A stretch of DNA of 64,000 bases from Anaerolineales bacterium (GCA_036524055.1 DATDCZ010000029.1:1042-65041), one strand, 5' to 3'. Positions 55,184 to 64,000 are shown, numbered from the stretch's first letter. Notes: a model not told the origin generated them from the letters alone. Translations and numbers: made by a program.

Positions 55184-55951
55184 TCAATCCAAATCGGGGA
55201 GCCAGAAGGGCAACCAATGGTCGGCCTCCCAGACCGCAAACTGCGATGGCGGCTGCAACGTACCAGCGGGAAGTGTCGTGGACCGATGCAGGATTGCAGC
55301 GGACTGCGCTTCACGAATGTAGCCGAACAGACGGAAGCGGAATGGCGCGAGGAAGGGGGCCACATCGGGTGCAGGCGTCATATTCAGAGTAATGAACGGC
55401 CAAAGGCCCGGCGGTGTTCTGTGCATCAGCTCGTGCGCCGCGCCGCGGAGATCAGCATCGGAAGCCAGGGCTTCGAAGCCATCGATGAGGAGAACGAGGG
55501 AGGATGAGCGAGGATCCGTCGTCCGTTGGACGGCCGAAGCCAGATACCCCGTGGTGAGGGCATGATGAAAAGCCAGCACAGCCTCGCAGTTGTCCGAGCC
55601 TTCGAAGGCCGCCCATTCGCGCGGGTGTTCTGTGAGGACGACATAGCGAGCCCGCCCTGGATCATGGGTGAGTTCGAGGGCACGCGCGATGGTCTGCAGG
55701 AGGCGAGTCTTGCCGGCGCCGGCGTCGGCGGCGACAAGGACAGGTGAGGGCGATGGATCGGCCAGGTTGAGAAGCACCGGCCGCTGATCATCGGCAAGCC
55801 CGATGAAGAGGGCAATGGACGGCAGCGGCCCCATGGATGCAAGCGCGGCCGTGAGTGACCGGCTCCCGGAATCCGGATGACGGGTGAGGCTCGTTCGTCG
55901 AGAAGTCTGCAAGGAGAGCGGCGGTGGGGTGGAATTCGTAAGCGGGTTCAT
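55184..55951 (-). CDS. Minimal FtsK/SpoIIIE-like P-loop ATPase domain protein
   Basis: Pattern GLADDQRPVLLNL...VLVAADAGAGKT (Walker A), LVLLIDGFEAL (Walker B), then RFRLFGYIREAQSAAIL. This follows the order of FtsK/SpoIIIE motor domains. 255 aa with no transmembrane or gamma domain. GGGAG SD upstream. Confidence 0.55.
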   Translation of the reverse strand: MNPLTNSTPPPLSLQTSRRTSLTRHPDSGSRSLTAALASMGPLPSIALFIGLADDQRPVLLNLADPSPSPVLVAADAGAGKTRLLQTIARALELTHDPGRARYVVLTEHPREWAAFEGSDNCEAVLAFHHALTTGYLASAVQRTTDPRSSSLVLLIDGFEALASDADLRGAAHELMHRTPPGLWPFITLNMTPAPDVAPFLAPFRFRLFGYIREAQSAAILHRSTTLPAGTLQPPSQFAVWEADHWLPFWLPDLD

Positions 55952-55981
55952 GTCTGCTCCCTGGGAATTGAATTTGCAGCG

Positions 55982-56069
55982 GCGATTAAAAAAGTTCGAA
56001 TGCGGCCCGTACGGCTGGTCTACGGGTAAATTCCGAGGTCTGAGTCGGAGGTTCGAATGAGGTTCGAAT
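55982..56069 (-). repeat. Copy 2 of the repeat of about 85 nt (covers the last codons and 3' flank of the 56020-56505 gene)
   Basis: The reverse complement of 56048-56069 is identical to 13741-13762, and the remainder aligns with indels to 13781-13826. Confidence 0.75.
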
Positions 56070-56505
56070 CGTCCGGATGGAGATCAGGAAGCAATTCGCG
56101 GGCGTGGCGAAGACTCCGAAGAATTCGAAACAGCTCCGGATCGCGGCGTTTGCGGCGGGCAGCTGAATTGATCAGCGAAATGATCAGCCCCAGGTAGTTC
56201 ATGATGGCGCGTTCATAGGCGAGCCAATCCTTCTCCGGCGCGGCCTTCTGGGCGTCGAGCAGGCGAGCGAGATGGACGCGCGCCAGGCCGATCTCAAAGT
56301 CCGGATCCAGGGTGGAACGCGGATTCTGCAACGCGGCGAGCTCTCGCGGCAGGCGGCGGGAGTAAAGTCCATGAACGAGGCGGTTTGTGTTGCCCTGCTG
56401 GCCGCCTCGCCGCCTGGACTTGGAGGAAGGCGTTGGAGGGGGCATTTCAACGGGGAGGTTCTGCCGGTCCGTTGACGACGGAGGGTCTGAGGGTGTCGGT
56501 TGCAT
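56020..56505 (-). CDS. Hypothetical protein: Pro/Ser-rich N-terminus, basic RRRGGQQGNTNRLVHGLYSRR motif, helical C-terminus
   Basis: ATG 56505 has GAGGA 5 nt upstream and lies downstream of the promoter at 56554-56581. The 213-aa ORF-track version (start 56661) would contain its own promoter. Confidence 0.55.
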   Translation of the reverse strand: MQPTPSDPPSSTDRQNLPVEMPPPTPSSKSRRRGGQQGNTNRLVHGLYSRRLPRELAALQNPRSTLDPDFEIGLARVHLARLLDAQKAAPEKDWLAYERAIMNYLGLIISLINSAARRKRRDPELFRILRSLRHARELLPDLHPDDSNLIRTSDSDLGIYP

Positions 56506-56538
56506 GGGTATCCTCGCTTTGGCAAAAGGGACGGAATC

Positions 56539-56581
56539 CAGAACAGATGTTCTAATTATAGGTGGAAGCCCGATTTTGTCA
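56539..56581 (-). promoter_or_regulatory. Near-consensus promoter TTGACA-16-TATAAT followed at once by LexA (Cheo-type) box AGAACATCTGTTCT
   Basis: Read on the minus strand: TTGACA (56581-56576), TATAAT (56559-56554), and a 14-bp palindrome at 56552-56539 matching GAAC-N4-GTTC exactly and overlapping the expected transcription start. Confidence 0.6.
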
Positions 56582-57193
56582 AGGGCAGGGAGGCGGGCAA
56601 TCCGGGTCGCGCAGCGCCGATCGGGGAACCCACGTTTTGTCGGCGCCCGCGCGAGGAACACCTCGAGCGCACCACTTCATGAGCCCAGCCAGGCGGTTTG
56701 TACGTCAGTCTGCCACGCGAGTTGGTCGAGCATCATCGACGGGCATCAGGGGAGGCCCCGAAAAGAACGGGACCTTCGACAGCTTGAAGGCGCTGAGAGG
56801 GACGGGCTCGGTTCCAGGGTTCTCTGAAAGTAGGCAGGACGCAGCGACACAATGCCCAGAGGCTTACGACAAAGGAGGCCCCAAGGCAGACTTGTCCGTA
56901 CGGGAGGCCATGAGCCGTGATCGAACGGAGATCGAATTCGCGATTGAGGGGCTGACGCAAGTCGTCCAAGGTGTGCGTAGCGCGTGAAAAGGAAATTACC
57001 AGTGAGAATCCGGGAATTGGGCTGGGGCGCCCGCGCGAGAATGGGCATAGGGTGCGGTTCTCGCATATAATTGGCACACAGACGAGGGGGAGGAGCGAGA
57101 CGTGCCGCACGTGAGAGGAGGTGAGGAGCCGCGCGACAAGTCCACGTCCAAAGAAATCTGAGCATCACTTTCTTTTCTCAAATGGAGGAGTAC

Positions 57194-58309
57194 ATGCGAA
57201 AGCTCACTACGGCTCTTGCGATCAGCATCCTTTTTGGACTTCTGGCCGCGGCGTGTGCGCCGTCAGGGGCACCAGTCGTGCAGACGGTGGTCGTGACCGC
57301 ACCAGCAGGAACGCCGCAAGTCAAAGTGCAGGTGGCCCAGGCCCCAGGCTTTGGCGAAACGCTCACGGCGGTGAAAGCCAGAGGGAATTTGATCTGCGGC
57401 GTAAACGGCCAACTCCCGGCATTCTCGTTCCTTGATCCAAATGGCGAGATGAAGGGGTTTGATGCCGATTTCTGTCGCGCGCTAGCTGCCGCGATCTTCG
57501 GTGATGCCACCAAGGTTGAATTCCGCCCCTTGACGACCCAGGAGCGCTTCACCGCGCTGCAGACCGGAGAGATCGACGTCCTGATGCGCAATACCACCTG
57601 GTCGCTCGTGCGTGATACGGAGTTGGGGCTCAACTTCACAGTGACGACCTTCTACGATGGGCAAGGCATTATGGTGCCGGTCGCCAGCGGGTTCAAGTCA
57701 CTCAAGGACCTCGAAGGTGGAACGGTCTGTGTCCAGAAGGGCACGACCACAGAACTGAACCTGGCCGATGCCATGGCCGTCAACGGGGTGACCTATACAC
57801 CGGCCACATTCGATGATGTCAATGCGACCTACGGTGCGTACGCCGAGGGCCGCTGCGATGCGGTGACATCCGACAAGTCACAGCTGTCGTCCGTGGCCAA
57901 GGGCGTGCTGCCCAATCCGAATGAGCACGTGATCATGGACGTCACCCTCTCGAAAGAGCCCCTGGGACCTGTGGTGCGACACGGAGACGACCAGTGGTTC
58001 GACATCGTGAGGTGGACGATCTTTGCGACCATCGCAGGCGAGGAGTACGGCGTCAACTCGACGAACGTCGATGAGCAGCTGGCGAATGCGACCAACCCCG
58101 AGATCCGACGGCTTCTGGGCGCGGAAGGCGAGCTGGGCTCCAAGCTGGGCCTGGGCAACGACTGGGCCTTCAACGTGATCAAGCTGGTGGGCAACTACGA
58201 GGAGATCTACAACCGCAACCTCGGGGAAAGCACTCCCACCTTCATACCGCGCGGTTACAACGCCCTGTATTCCAAGGGCGGACTGCTTTACTCACCACCG
58301 TTCCGCTAG
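57194..58309 (+). CDS. Amino-acid ABC transporter substrate-binding lipoprotein (AapJ/BztA-like)
   Basis: Lipobox LLAAAC, then the family-3 SBP pattern (LICGVNG..PAFSF, FRPLTTQERFTALQTGEIDVLMRNTTW). GGAGG SD before ATG 57194. Confidence 0.85.
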   Translation: MRKLTTALAISILFGLLAAACAPSGAPVVQTVVVTAPAGTPQVKVQVAQAPGFGETLTAVKARGNLICGVNGQLPAFSFLDPNGEMKGFDADFCRALAAAIFGDATKVEFRPLTTQERFTALQTGEIDVLMRNTTWSLVRDTELGLNFTVTTFYDGQGIMVPVASGFKSLKDLEGGTVCVQKGTTTELNLADAMAVNGVTYTPATFDDVNATYGAYAEGRCDAVTSDKSQLSSVAKGVLPNPNEHVIMDVTLSKEPLGPVVRHGDDQWFDIVRWTIFATIAGEEYGVNSTNVDEQLANATNPEIRRLLGAEGELGSKLGLGNDWAFNVIKLVGNYEEIYNRNLGESTPTFIPRGYNALYSKGGLLYSPPFR

Positions 58310-58339
58310 ACCAATTACGAAGAATGGGGAAGGGCAGCT

Positions 58340-59551
58340 ATGCTGCCCTTCCCCATACAACATTTCGGCCAGATGACCGTTCAACAGCCTCATCGCTCGA
58401 TACCGCTCTGGCGCGACGTGCGCGTTCTGCGCGTATTCGCGCAGGTGGCGTTCCTGGTCCTGCTGGCGCTCCTGCTCGGGTATCTTTTCCGGAACATGCT
58501 GGCTGCACTCCGGCAACAGGGCCTGGGGCTGGGCTTTTCGTTCCTGCGGCTGACGGCGGGCTTTGACATCGGGGAATACCTGATCCCGTTCAGCCGCGCG
58601 TCTTCCTATGGATCGGCGTTCATTGTGGGCCTGCTGAATACTGCCCTGGTGAGTGTATTGGGAATCATTCTGGCAACGATCCTGGGCGTGATCGTCGGTG
58701 TGGCGCGGCTCTCCAAGAACATACTTGTGCAGGGCCTGGCGCGGGCCTACATAGAGGCGCTCCGCAACGTCCCACTGCTGGTTATGTTGATCTTCTGGTA
58801 CTCAGGTCTCTTCCTGAAGCTGCCACGCGTTAATCAAGCCACGCCGGGCCCGGGCGGCGTGCTGTTCACGAACCGGGGCATTGCGATTCCGTGGGGGATC
58901 CCAACGGAGACATACCCAACGTATCTGGTGATCCTGACCGTCGGCCTGTTGGTCGCAATCATCACCGCGGCCGTGTGCATCTGGATCGGCAGAAGGACCG
59001 GACGGGGTCCGCTAGCCTGGGCGTGGTCATTGTTCGCGTTCGTGCTGGTGGCCGTGATCGGATGGATCGCGCTGCCGAGCGCGCCCTTGCTGGTGGATGC
59101 GCCGGCGCTGCAGGGTTTGCGTATCGCCGGCGGAAAGCAATTATCTCCGGAGTTCATGGCACTACTTTCAGGACTGGCCATCTATACGTCGGCATTTATC
59201 GCGGACGTGGTCAGGGCAGGCATCCAGGCAGTGCCGAAAGGGCAAGTTGAGGCGGCCAAGGCAATCGGACTGAAGGATGCCGCTGTGCTGAGATTGGTGG
59301 TGTTCCCCCAGGCCCTCAGGGTGATCATCCCGCCATTGACGGGCCATTACCTCAACCTCACGAAGAACTCATCGCTGGCAGTGGCCATCGGGTATCCCGA
59401 CCTGTTTTCCGTTGGGGGCACGGTGCTGAACCAGAGCGGGCGAGCCGTGGAGGTCATCAGCCTGGTCATGGCCGTATATCTCACCTTGAGCCTGCTGACG
59501 TCACTCCTGATGAACTGGTACAACCGCAGGCTCAAATTCGTCGAGCGATAG
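58340..59551 (+). CDS. Amino-acid ABC transporter permease (AapQ-like)
   Basis: Polytopic protein with EAA-loop EAAKAIGLKDAAVLRLVVFPQALR. Confidence 0.9.
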   Translation: MLPFPIQHFGQMTVQQPHRSIPLWRDVRVLRVFAQVAFLVLLALLLGYLFRNMLAALRQQGLGLGFSFLRLTAGFDIGEYLIPFSRASSYGSAFIVGLLNTALVSVLGIILATILGVIVGVARLSKNILVQGLARAYIEALRNVPLLVMLIFWYSGLFLKLPRVNQATPGPGGVLFTNRGIAIPWGIPTETYPTYLVILTVGLLVAIITAAVCIWIGRRTGRGPLAWAWSLFAFVLVAVIGWIALPSAPLLVDAPALQGLRIAGGKQLSPEFMALLSGLAIYTSAFIADVVRAGIQAVPKGQVEAAKAIGLKDAAVLRLVVFPQALRVIIPPLTGHYLNLTKNSSLAVAIGYPDLFSVGGTVLNQSGRAVEVISLVMAVYLTLSLLTSLLMNWYNRRLKFVER

Positions 59552-60763
59552 ATGATCGAAGCCCAAGCGCCGCGACCGCAAGACGTTCTGCCGCCGCCCG
59601 TGGAAAGGTACACGATCCTGGGGTGGATGTACCGGAACCTGTTCAGCAGCTGGTTCAATGCCCTGCTGACCTTTGCCGCGGTCGCGCTGGTGTATGCCAT
59701 CGGAAAGCCGCTGCTCACGTGGACATTCTCCCAGGCGCGATGGGAAGTTGTGTCGGTCAATATCCGGCTGTTGATGGCGGGGCAGTATCCAGTTGCAGAA
59801 CTGTGGCGTGTATGGCTGTGCGTCCATCTGCTGGCGGTGCTGGGGGGCCTGTCCTGGGGCGTTTGGGTGAGGGGTTATCGACTGGTGGGATTGATCGTGC
59901 TGGCGGCACCGCTGGGCCTGGCGGCAGCCTTGCAGGGCGGGCCGGCGCGCATTCACCTGGTCGCAGCCGCCATCGTTGCGCTGGTGGCTTACGTGCTTGG
60001 GCGGGTAGCGGGGCGCAGGATCCAGCGGACATTGATCACGCTGTGGATCGTATACCTGCCGCTGGTGCTGTTGATCGTGAATGGAATCGGCCGCGAGACC
60101 GATCCCCTGCGCCTGGTGTCCTCGAATCTGTGGGGCGGACTGCTGCTGACGCTGCTGCTCACGGCGGTTGGCATACTGGTTTCGTTCCCGCTGGGAATCC
60201 TGCTGGCGCTGGGGCGGCGTTCTCAACTGCCCATCATCCGCTGGTCGAGCATCGCGTACATTGAACTGGTGCGAGGGGTGCCGCTGGTCACGATCCTCTT
60301 CATGGCACAGATCATGCTGCCGCTGTTCCTGCCGGCGGAAATCAAGATCGACCGCGTGGTGCGCGCCATGGTGGGCATCATCCTGTTCACGGCGGCGTAC
60401 CAGGCGGAAAACATCCGGGGCGGCTTGCAAGCCATCCCCCCGGGTCAATTCGATGCGGCGAAAGCCATTGGCCTAAGCGGCATCCAAAGCATGGTGCTGA
60501 TCATCATGCCGCAGGCGCTGCGCAACGTGATCCCAGTGCTGGTGGGACAGTTCATCGCGTTGTACAAGGACACGTCGCTCGTGGCGATCGTGGGATTACT
60601 GGATCTGCTGGGAATCGCCAAGAGCATCGTGTCGCAGCCGCAATTCATCGGACTGCAGCGCGAGGCCTACCTGTTCGTAACCCTGATCTACTGGTTCCTG
60701 AGCTACTTCATGGCCCACCTCAGCCAGCGGCTGGAGGTTGCGTTGGGCGTGGGCGAGCGCTAG
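59552..60763 (+). CDS. Amino-acid ABC transporter permease (AapM-like)
   Basis: Polytopic protein with EAA-loop [24 protein letters not shown]. The ATG directly follows the upstream TAG. Confidence 0.9.
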   Translation: MIEAQAPRPQDVLPPPVERYTILGWMYRNLFSSWFNALLTFAAVALVYAIGKPLLTWTFSQARWEVVSVNIRLLMAGQYPVAELWRVWLCVHLLAVLGGLSWGVWVRGYRLVGLIVLAAPLGLAAALQGGPARIHLVAAAIVALVAYVLGRVAGRRIQRTLITLWIVYLPLVLLIVNGIGRETDPLRLVSSNLWGGLLLTLLLTAVGILVSFPLGILLALGRRSQLPIIRWSSIAYIELVRGVPLVTILFMAQIMLPLFLPAEIKIDRVVRAMVGIILFTAAYQAENIRGGLQAIPPGQFDAAKAIGLSGIQSMVLIIMPQALRNVIPVLVGQFIALYKDTSLVAIVGLLDLLGIAKSIVSQPQFIGLQREAYLFVTLIYWFLSYFMAHLSQRLEVALGVGER

Positions 60764-60779
60764 CCTGCAAAAGAGGACG

Positions 60780-61544
60780 ATGCATATGGCCGTCGAAACC
60801 CCCCGAGCCGCCCCGATGATCGTGTGTCGCGACGTCCACAAGTGGTACGGGCACTTTCATGCGCTGCGCGGTGTGGATATGGAGGTGAACAAAGGCGAGG
60901 TGATCGTCATCTTCGGGCCATCCGGCTCGGGAAAGTCCACCTTCATCCGTACACTCAACCGGTTGGAGGAACATCAGCGCGGGCAGATCCTGGTGGACGG
61001 CGTGGAGCTGAGCAACGACGTACGCAACATCGAGCGCGTGCGGATGGAAACGGGGATGGTGTTCCAGCAATTCAATCTCTTTCCACACCTGACGGTGATG
61101 CAGAACGTCACGCTGGCGCCGTTGTGGGTGCGGCATTGGCCAAAAGCACGTGCCGAGAAGACGGCAGTGGAGCTACTGGCGCGCGTCGGAATCCCGGAGC
61201 AGGCGGACAAGTACCCCGGCCAGCTCTCAGGCGGGCAGCAACAACGCGTGGCGATCGCCCGGGCGCTCGCCATGCAGCCGAAGATCATGCTTTTCGACGA
61301 GCCGACCTCGGCGCTGGACCCGGAGATGATTAAAGAGGTGCTGGAGTCGATGATCGCGCTGGCGAAGTCCGGGATGACGATGCTAGTGGTGACGCACGAA
61401 ATGGGATTCGCAAGGGCGGTGGCTGACCGCATGTACTTCTTCGACGAAGGGGTGATCGTGGAGAGCGGAACGCCAAAGGAAATCTTCGAGGCTCCCAAGG
61501 AAGCTCGGACGCGTTTGTTCCTGTCGCAGATATTGACGCATTGA
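60780..61544 (+). CDS. Amino-acid ABC transporter ATP-binding protein (AapP/GlnQ-like)
   Basis: Walker [10 protein letters not shown], signature [15 protein letters not shown], Walker [14 protein letters not shown] 60780 has AGAGGA upstream. Confidence 0.95.
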   Translation: MHMAVETPRAAPMIVCRDVHKWYGHFHALRGVDMEVNKGEVIVIFGPSGSGKSTFIRTLNRLEEHQRGQILVDGVELSNDVRNIERVRMETGMVFQQFNLFPHLTVMQNVTLAPLWVRHWPKARAEKTAVELLARVGIPEQADKYPGQLSGGQQQRVAIARALAMQPKIMLFDEPTSALDPEMIKEVLESMIALAKSGMTMLVVTHEMGFARAVADRMYFFDEGVIVESGTPKEIFEAPKEARTRLFLSQILTH

Positions 61545-61615
61545 GGCGTTTGGAGGAGGGGGAATCCACGGTGGATCAACGTGCGGGCGCGATGTCAGGG
61601 GGGCACCGATTATCG

Positions 61616-61635
61616 TGGGCACGATATATCGTGCC
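61616..61635. promoter_or_regulatory. Perfect 20-bp palindrome GGGCACGATATATCGTGCCC (terminator or operator) between the ABC operon and the glycosidase gene
   Basis: Read directly. No T-run follows, and a related half-site GCACCGATTATCGTG lies immediately upstream. Confidence 0.4.
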
Positions 61636-61736
61636 CCAACATATGACGGGCAGCCCGGGCGTAGCGCTCCGGGATAGAGTACGATATACACACCGCGGCA
61701 CCCTGTGCGCCGGCGATTATTCCCAAGGCTAAACTC

Positions 61737-63512
61737 GTGAGCTTCCAATCTCCGTTGCTTGAACTTCTCAAGAACCGAATCAATCTCAGGCAGAGTCCGT
61801 TCAGCACGCGCGCCTCGAGACTCATGGTGTTTCGATCCAACGAGCACTTCACGATACGGCTGGCGGAGCGCTGGTTCAAGCTCGCAGGGCAGCTCTCTGC
61901 TTACCGGCAGCGCGCGCCTTTGATCGACCGCTGGGCACTGACTGACGGGCAAGGCAATCCACTTGAGCTGAGAGTCACGACCTACCCGCATCGAATCGAG
62001 TGCTCGACGCGGGCAGGCGAGTTCGTCCTGTGTTTTGTCGATCCTGAGACGCTGCTGCTTTCACTGCCGGCAGGGCCGTGCGGGATACGGTTCGAGGCGA
62101 ACCTGGACAAGGCGCAGACAGATCGTCGCGGGGGCATCCTGCGACTTACAGGCGACATCCGGCGAAACGTCGCCTACACGACGAATGCGCGCATCGTACG
62201 ACACGCGGCGACCGCACTCCCTACGGCGAATCAGTCGGTTGAATTGCTGCTGGATGGTTCGGAGGGCAACTGCAGCTTCCTGTTGAACATTACGCCGCGG
62301 CTGGGCTTCAACCGCTACATACCGGATGTCGAGGCGGCGCTGGAGGCGACGGCCAGGCGCTGGCACGACTGGTTTGCAGCCGCACCCGAGGTGGATGAGC
62401 AATACCGGGCGCAGTACTACTATGCGTGGTGGGTGATGCGGGCGGGATTGATCTCGACGCGGTTCTACACGACGCGCGAGGCAATGACGCCATCCATGAT
62501 GCACTACGTGGGCGTATGGCAATGGGACGCATACTTCCATGCACTGGCCTATCGACACGTCGAGAAGCGACTGGCGCAGGACCAGATCCGCATCATGCTG
62601 GATCACCAGCGGGACGACGGCATGATTCCCGACGCGATCCACGACGAGGGCACGGTGACGCACCTGGAGACCCCCGTAGATGCGGATGTCACCAAACCGC
62701 CGCTGCTGGCGTGGTCGGCGTGGAAGCTGTATGAGCTGGACGGCGATCGCGAGTTCCTGAGCGAGATCTACGAGCCGATTGTCAGGGTCAATCGATGGTG
62801 GTTTGAAAAGAACGATCTCGATGGAAACGGGCTGTGCGAATACCAGCATCCTTTTTCGTCGGGGCTGGATGACAGTCCGCTGTGGGATGATGGGATGCCC
62901 GTGGAGTCGCCGGACCTGAATACGTATCTTTTTCTGCAACAAGAAGCGCTCGGGCGGATGGCGGAGGTGTTGGGGGAGCACGCCGATGCAAAGATGTGGC
63001 AGGAGCGCGCCCGAGAGATGGTGCAACGCCTGCTCCAGCACAGCTGGGATGCTAAGAGTGGATACTTCTGGGCGAAGCGGAATGGAGTGCGAGTTGACGT
63101 CAGAACGCCGTTCAACCTCTTCCCGCTGCTCACGGGGCAGCTCCCGACGGAAGTATCGAAGCGATTGGTGGAACACCTGGTGGACGCGCGCAAGTTCTGG
63201 TCGCGTTTCCCCGTGCCGAGCGTGGCGATGGATGACCCCAAGTACGACCCGAACCAGATGTGGCGCGGGCCGACGTGGGTGAACATTAACTACCTGCTAA
63301 TCGAGGGGCTTAGGAAATCAGGCTATGGTGAACTGGCAAGCGATCTGCAGCGCAGGACGCTGGACTTGATCTGCTGCCGGGATGATATCTACGAGTACTA
63401 CCACCCGGAAACGGGAGAGAATCCGCCGATGGCCGCGGCGACATTCGGCTGGTCGTCAGCGGTGTTTATAGACCTGGCGATACAGGCAGCACACGAGAAT
63501 CCGCCCCGCTGA
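61737..63512 (+). CDS. (alpha/alpha)6-barrel glycoside hydrolase, GH63 / MGH1-like (glucosyl- or mannosylglycerate hydrolase- or trehalase-like)
   Basis: WQWDAYFHALA, DGMIPD, TKPPLLAW, GLDDSPLWD, RGPTWVNINYLLIEGL and FGWSSAVF match the GH63/GH37-clan pattern; GTG start. Confidence 0.7.
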   Translation: MSFQSPLLELLKNRINLRQSPFSTRASRLMVFRSNEHFTIRLAERWFKLAGQLSAYRQRAPLIDRWALTDGQGNPLELRVTTYPHRIECSTRAGEFVLCFVDPETLLLSLPAGPCGIRFEANLDKAQTDRRGGILRLTGDIRRNVAYTTNARIVRHAATALPTANQSVELLLDGSEGNCSFLLNITPRLGFNRYIPDVEAALEATARRWHDWFAAAPEVDEQYRAQYYYAWWVMRAGLISTRFYTTREAMTPSMMHYVGVWQWDAYFHALAYRHVEKRLAQDQIRIMLDHQRDDGMIPDAIHDEGTVTHLETPVDADVTKPPLLAWSAWKLYELDGDREFLSEIYEPIVRVNRWWFEKNDLDGNGLCEYQHPFSSGLDDSPLWDDGMPVESPDLNTYLFLQQEALGRMAEVLGEHADAKMWQERAREMVQRLLQHSWDAKSGYFWAKRNGVRVDVRTPFNLFPLLTGQLPTEVSKRLVEHLVDARKFWSRFPVPSVAMDDPKYDPNQMWRGPTWVNINYLLIEGLRKSGYGELASDLQRRTLDLICCRDDIYEYYHPETGENPPMAAATFGWSSAVFIDLAIQAAHENPPR

Positions 63513-63606
63513 TGCGGGGCGGATATGTTCCGGGCGGGATTGCTGCTGGTGCACACGAAAGCCGCGTTTGCCAGCACGCGATGATGTTGTCGTTCGCGAT
63601 GTTGCT

Positions 63607-64000
63607 TTAGCCGCCGAGACTTGTGGGACCGGGTAGGTCTGCATCGGGAGGCGGGAGCGAATTGCCCTCGACCGCCGTGGGTGCGTTACCGGCGCCGCCC
63701 AGTTGATTTGGCCCGGGATTTGATTCGACGGCGGAGGGGGAGTTGCCTGCGCCGCCGAACGTATTATGGCCCAACATGTTGTCGCCGGGGATGGCGCTAT
63801 TGTCAGTTCCGCCACTGTGGTCGATATTTGGGAGCTCCTTGCCGAAGGTTTCGGCCCCGCCCCACTGGGGATTTTCAATCTTGTCAAACCTGTCATTGCC
63901 GCCGAGCATATTATCGCCGGGGATCCAGCCCATGTTGTCGCCGGGGATGGCGCTGTTGTCAGTTCCACCGCTGTGCGTGCCTCCACTGTGCTGGAACCGA
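63607..64000 (-). CDS. Gly/Asn/Asp-rich repeat protein, C-terminal part only (gene continues beyond the window)
   Basis: The minus-strand frame stays open to the window edge. It contains the repeated unit HSGGTDNSAIPGDNM(L/G). No family recognised; coding status moderate. Confidence 0.4.
   Translation of the reverse strand, partial: RFQHSGGTHSGGTDNSAIPGDNMGWIPGDNMLGGNDRFDKIENPQWGGAETFGKELPNIDHSGGTDNSAIPGDNMLGHNTFGGAGNSPSAVESNPGPNQLGGAGNAPTAVEGNSLPPPDADLPGPTSLGG

Noticed and set aside
56020-56661. 213-aa version of the first cassette gene (ORF-track start 56661)
   Set aside because: The extension would contain the TTGACA-16-TATAAT promoter and the LexA-like box inside the coding region. ATG 56505 has a proper SD, so the shorter 161-aa version is preferred.
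54842-56661. Reading the FtsK-like cassette as a prophage or integrative conjugative element
   Set aside because: No integrase, excisionase, replication, capsid or terminase genes are present. There is no flanking tRNA or direct att-like repeats; the only repeat partner is inverted and 42 kb away. A mobile-element remnant remains only a possibility.
63456-63986. 176-aa minus-strand ORF overlapping the end of the glycosidase gene
   Set aside because: It has an Ala/Thr/Ser/Pro/Arg-rich composition and overlaps a well-supported gene by about 55 nt. The alternative frame, with a coherent repeated peptide unit, is preferred for this strand.

Overview
GC-rich bacterial chromosomal window, about 60 genes, with no rRNA, CRISPR array, transposase or integrase seen. 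All functional calls come from motifs read in the supplied translations; no database search was run.

Layout: the window spans dnaA (36437-37777). Genes from about 18-34 kb lie mostly on the minus strand. Genes downstream of dnaA (rpsB, tsf, pyrH, frr, uppS, cdsA, glpX, tRNA-Asn, trpS, dtd, csp) are all on the plus strand. That switch fits a replication origin near 35.9-36.4 kb. The archaeal-type mevalonate genes and GAAC-N4-GTTC boxes suggest a Chloroflexota-like or other monoderm lineage (low-confidence inference).

Ordinary content:
- Transporters: ABC-2 exporter, AapJQMP-like amino-acid ABC importer, two MFS transporters, FTR1 iron permease with a DtxR-family regulator.
- Central metabolism: malic enzyme, MTHFR, class II FBPase, FGGY kinase, FAH-family hydrolase.
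- Peptidases: an M16 pair and an M3 oligoendopeptidase.
- A thiolase / HMG-CoA synthase / DUF35 / HMG-CoA reductase operon.

Observations worth a second look:
1. A cyclic-nucleotide-themed neighbourhood (3.1-10.3 kb). It holds a Crp regulator, a 328-aa ORF built from 12 tandem Lys-rich 21/22-aa units, a GAF protein, a signal-less subtilase, an M3 oligoendopeptidase and an MFS transporter fused to a cNMP-binding domain. It may be a precursor-processing or export system.
2. Two Cheo-type LexA-box candidates sit inside near-consensus promoters. One controls an uncharacterised three-gene cassette with a minimal FtsK/SpoIIIE-like ATPase (54.8-56.6 kb). The other lies upstream of a 5'-3' exonuclease.
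3. The two SOS-box loci share an inverted element of about 85 nt with a 22-nt identical core.
4. A SelW/Rdx-like gene has an in-frame TGA in a C-x-x-U motif and a downstream hairpin, so it is a candidate selenoprotein.
5. dnaA is not followed by dnaN.
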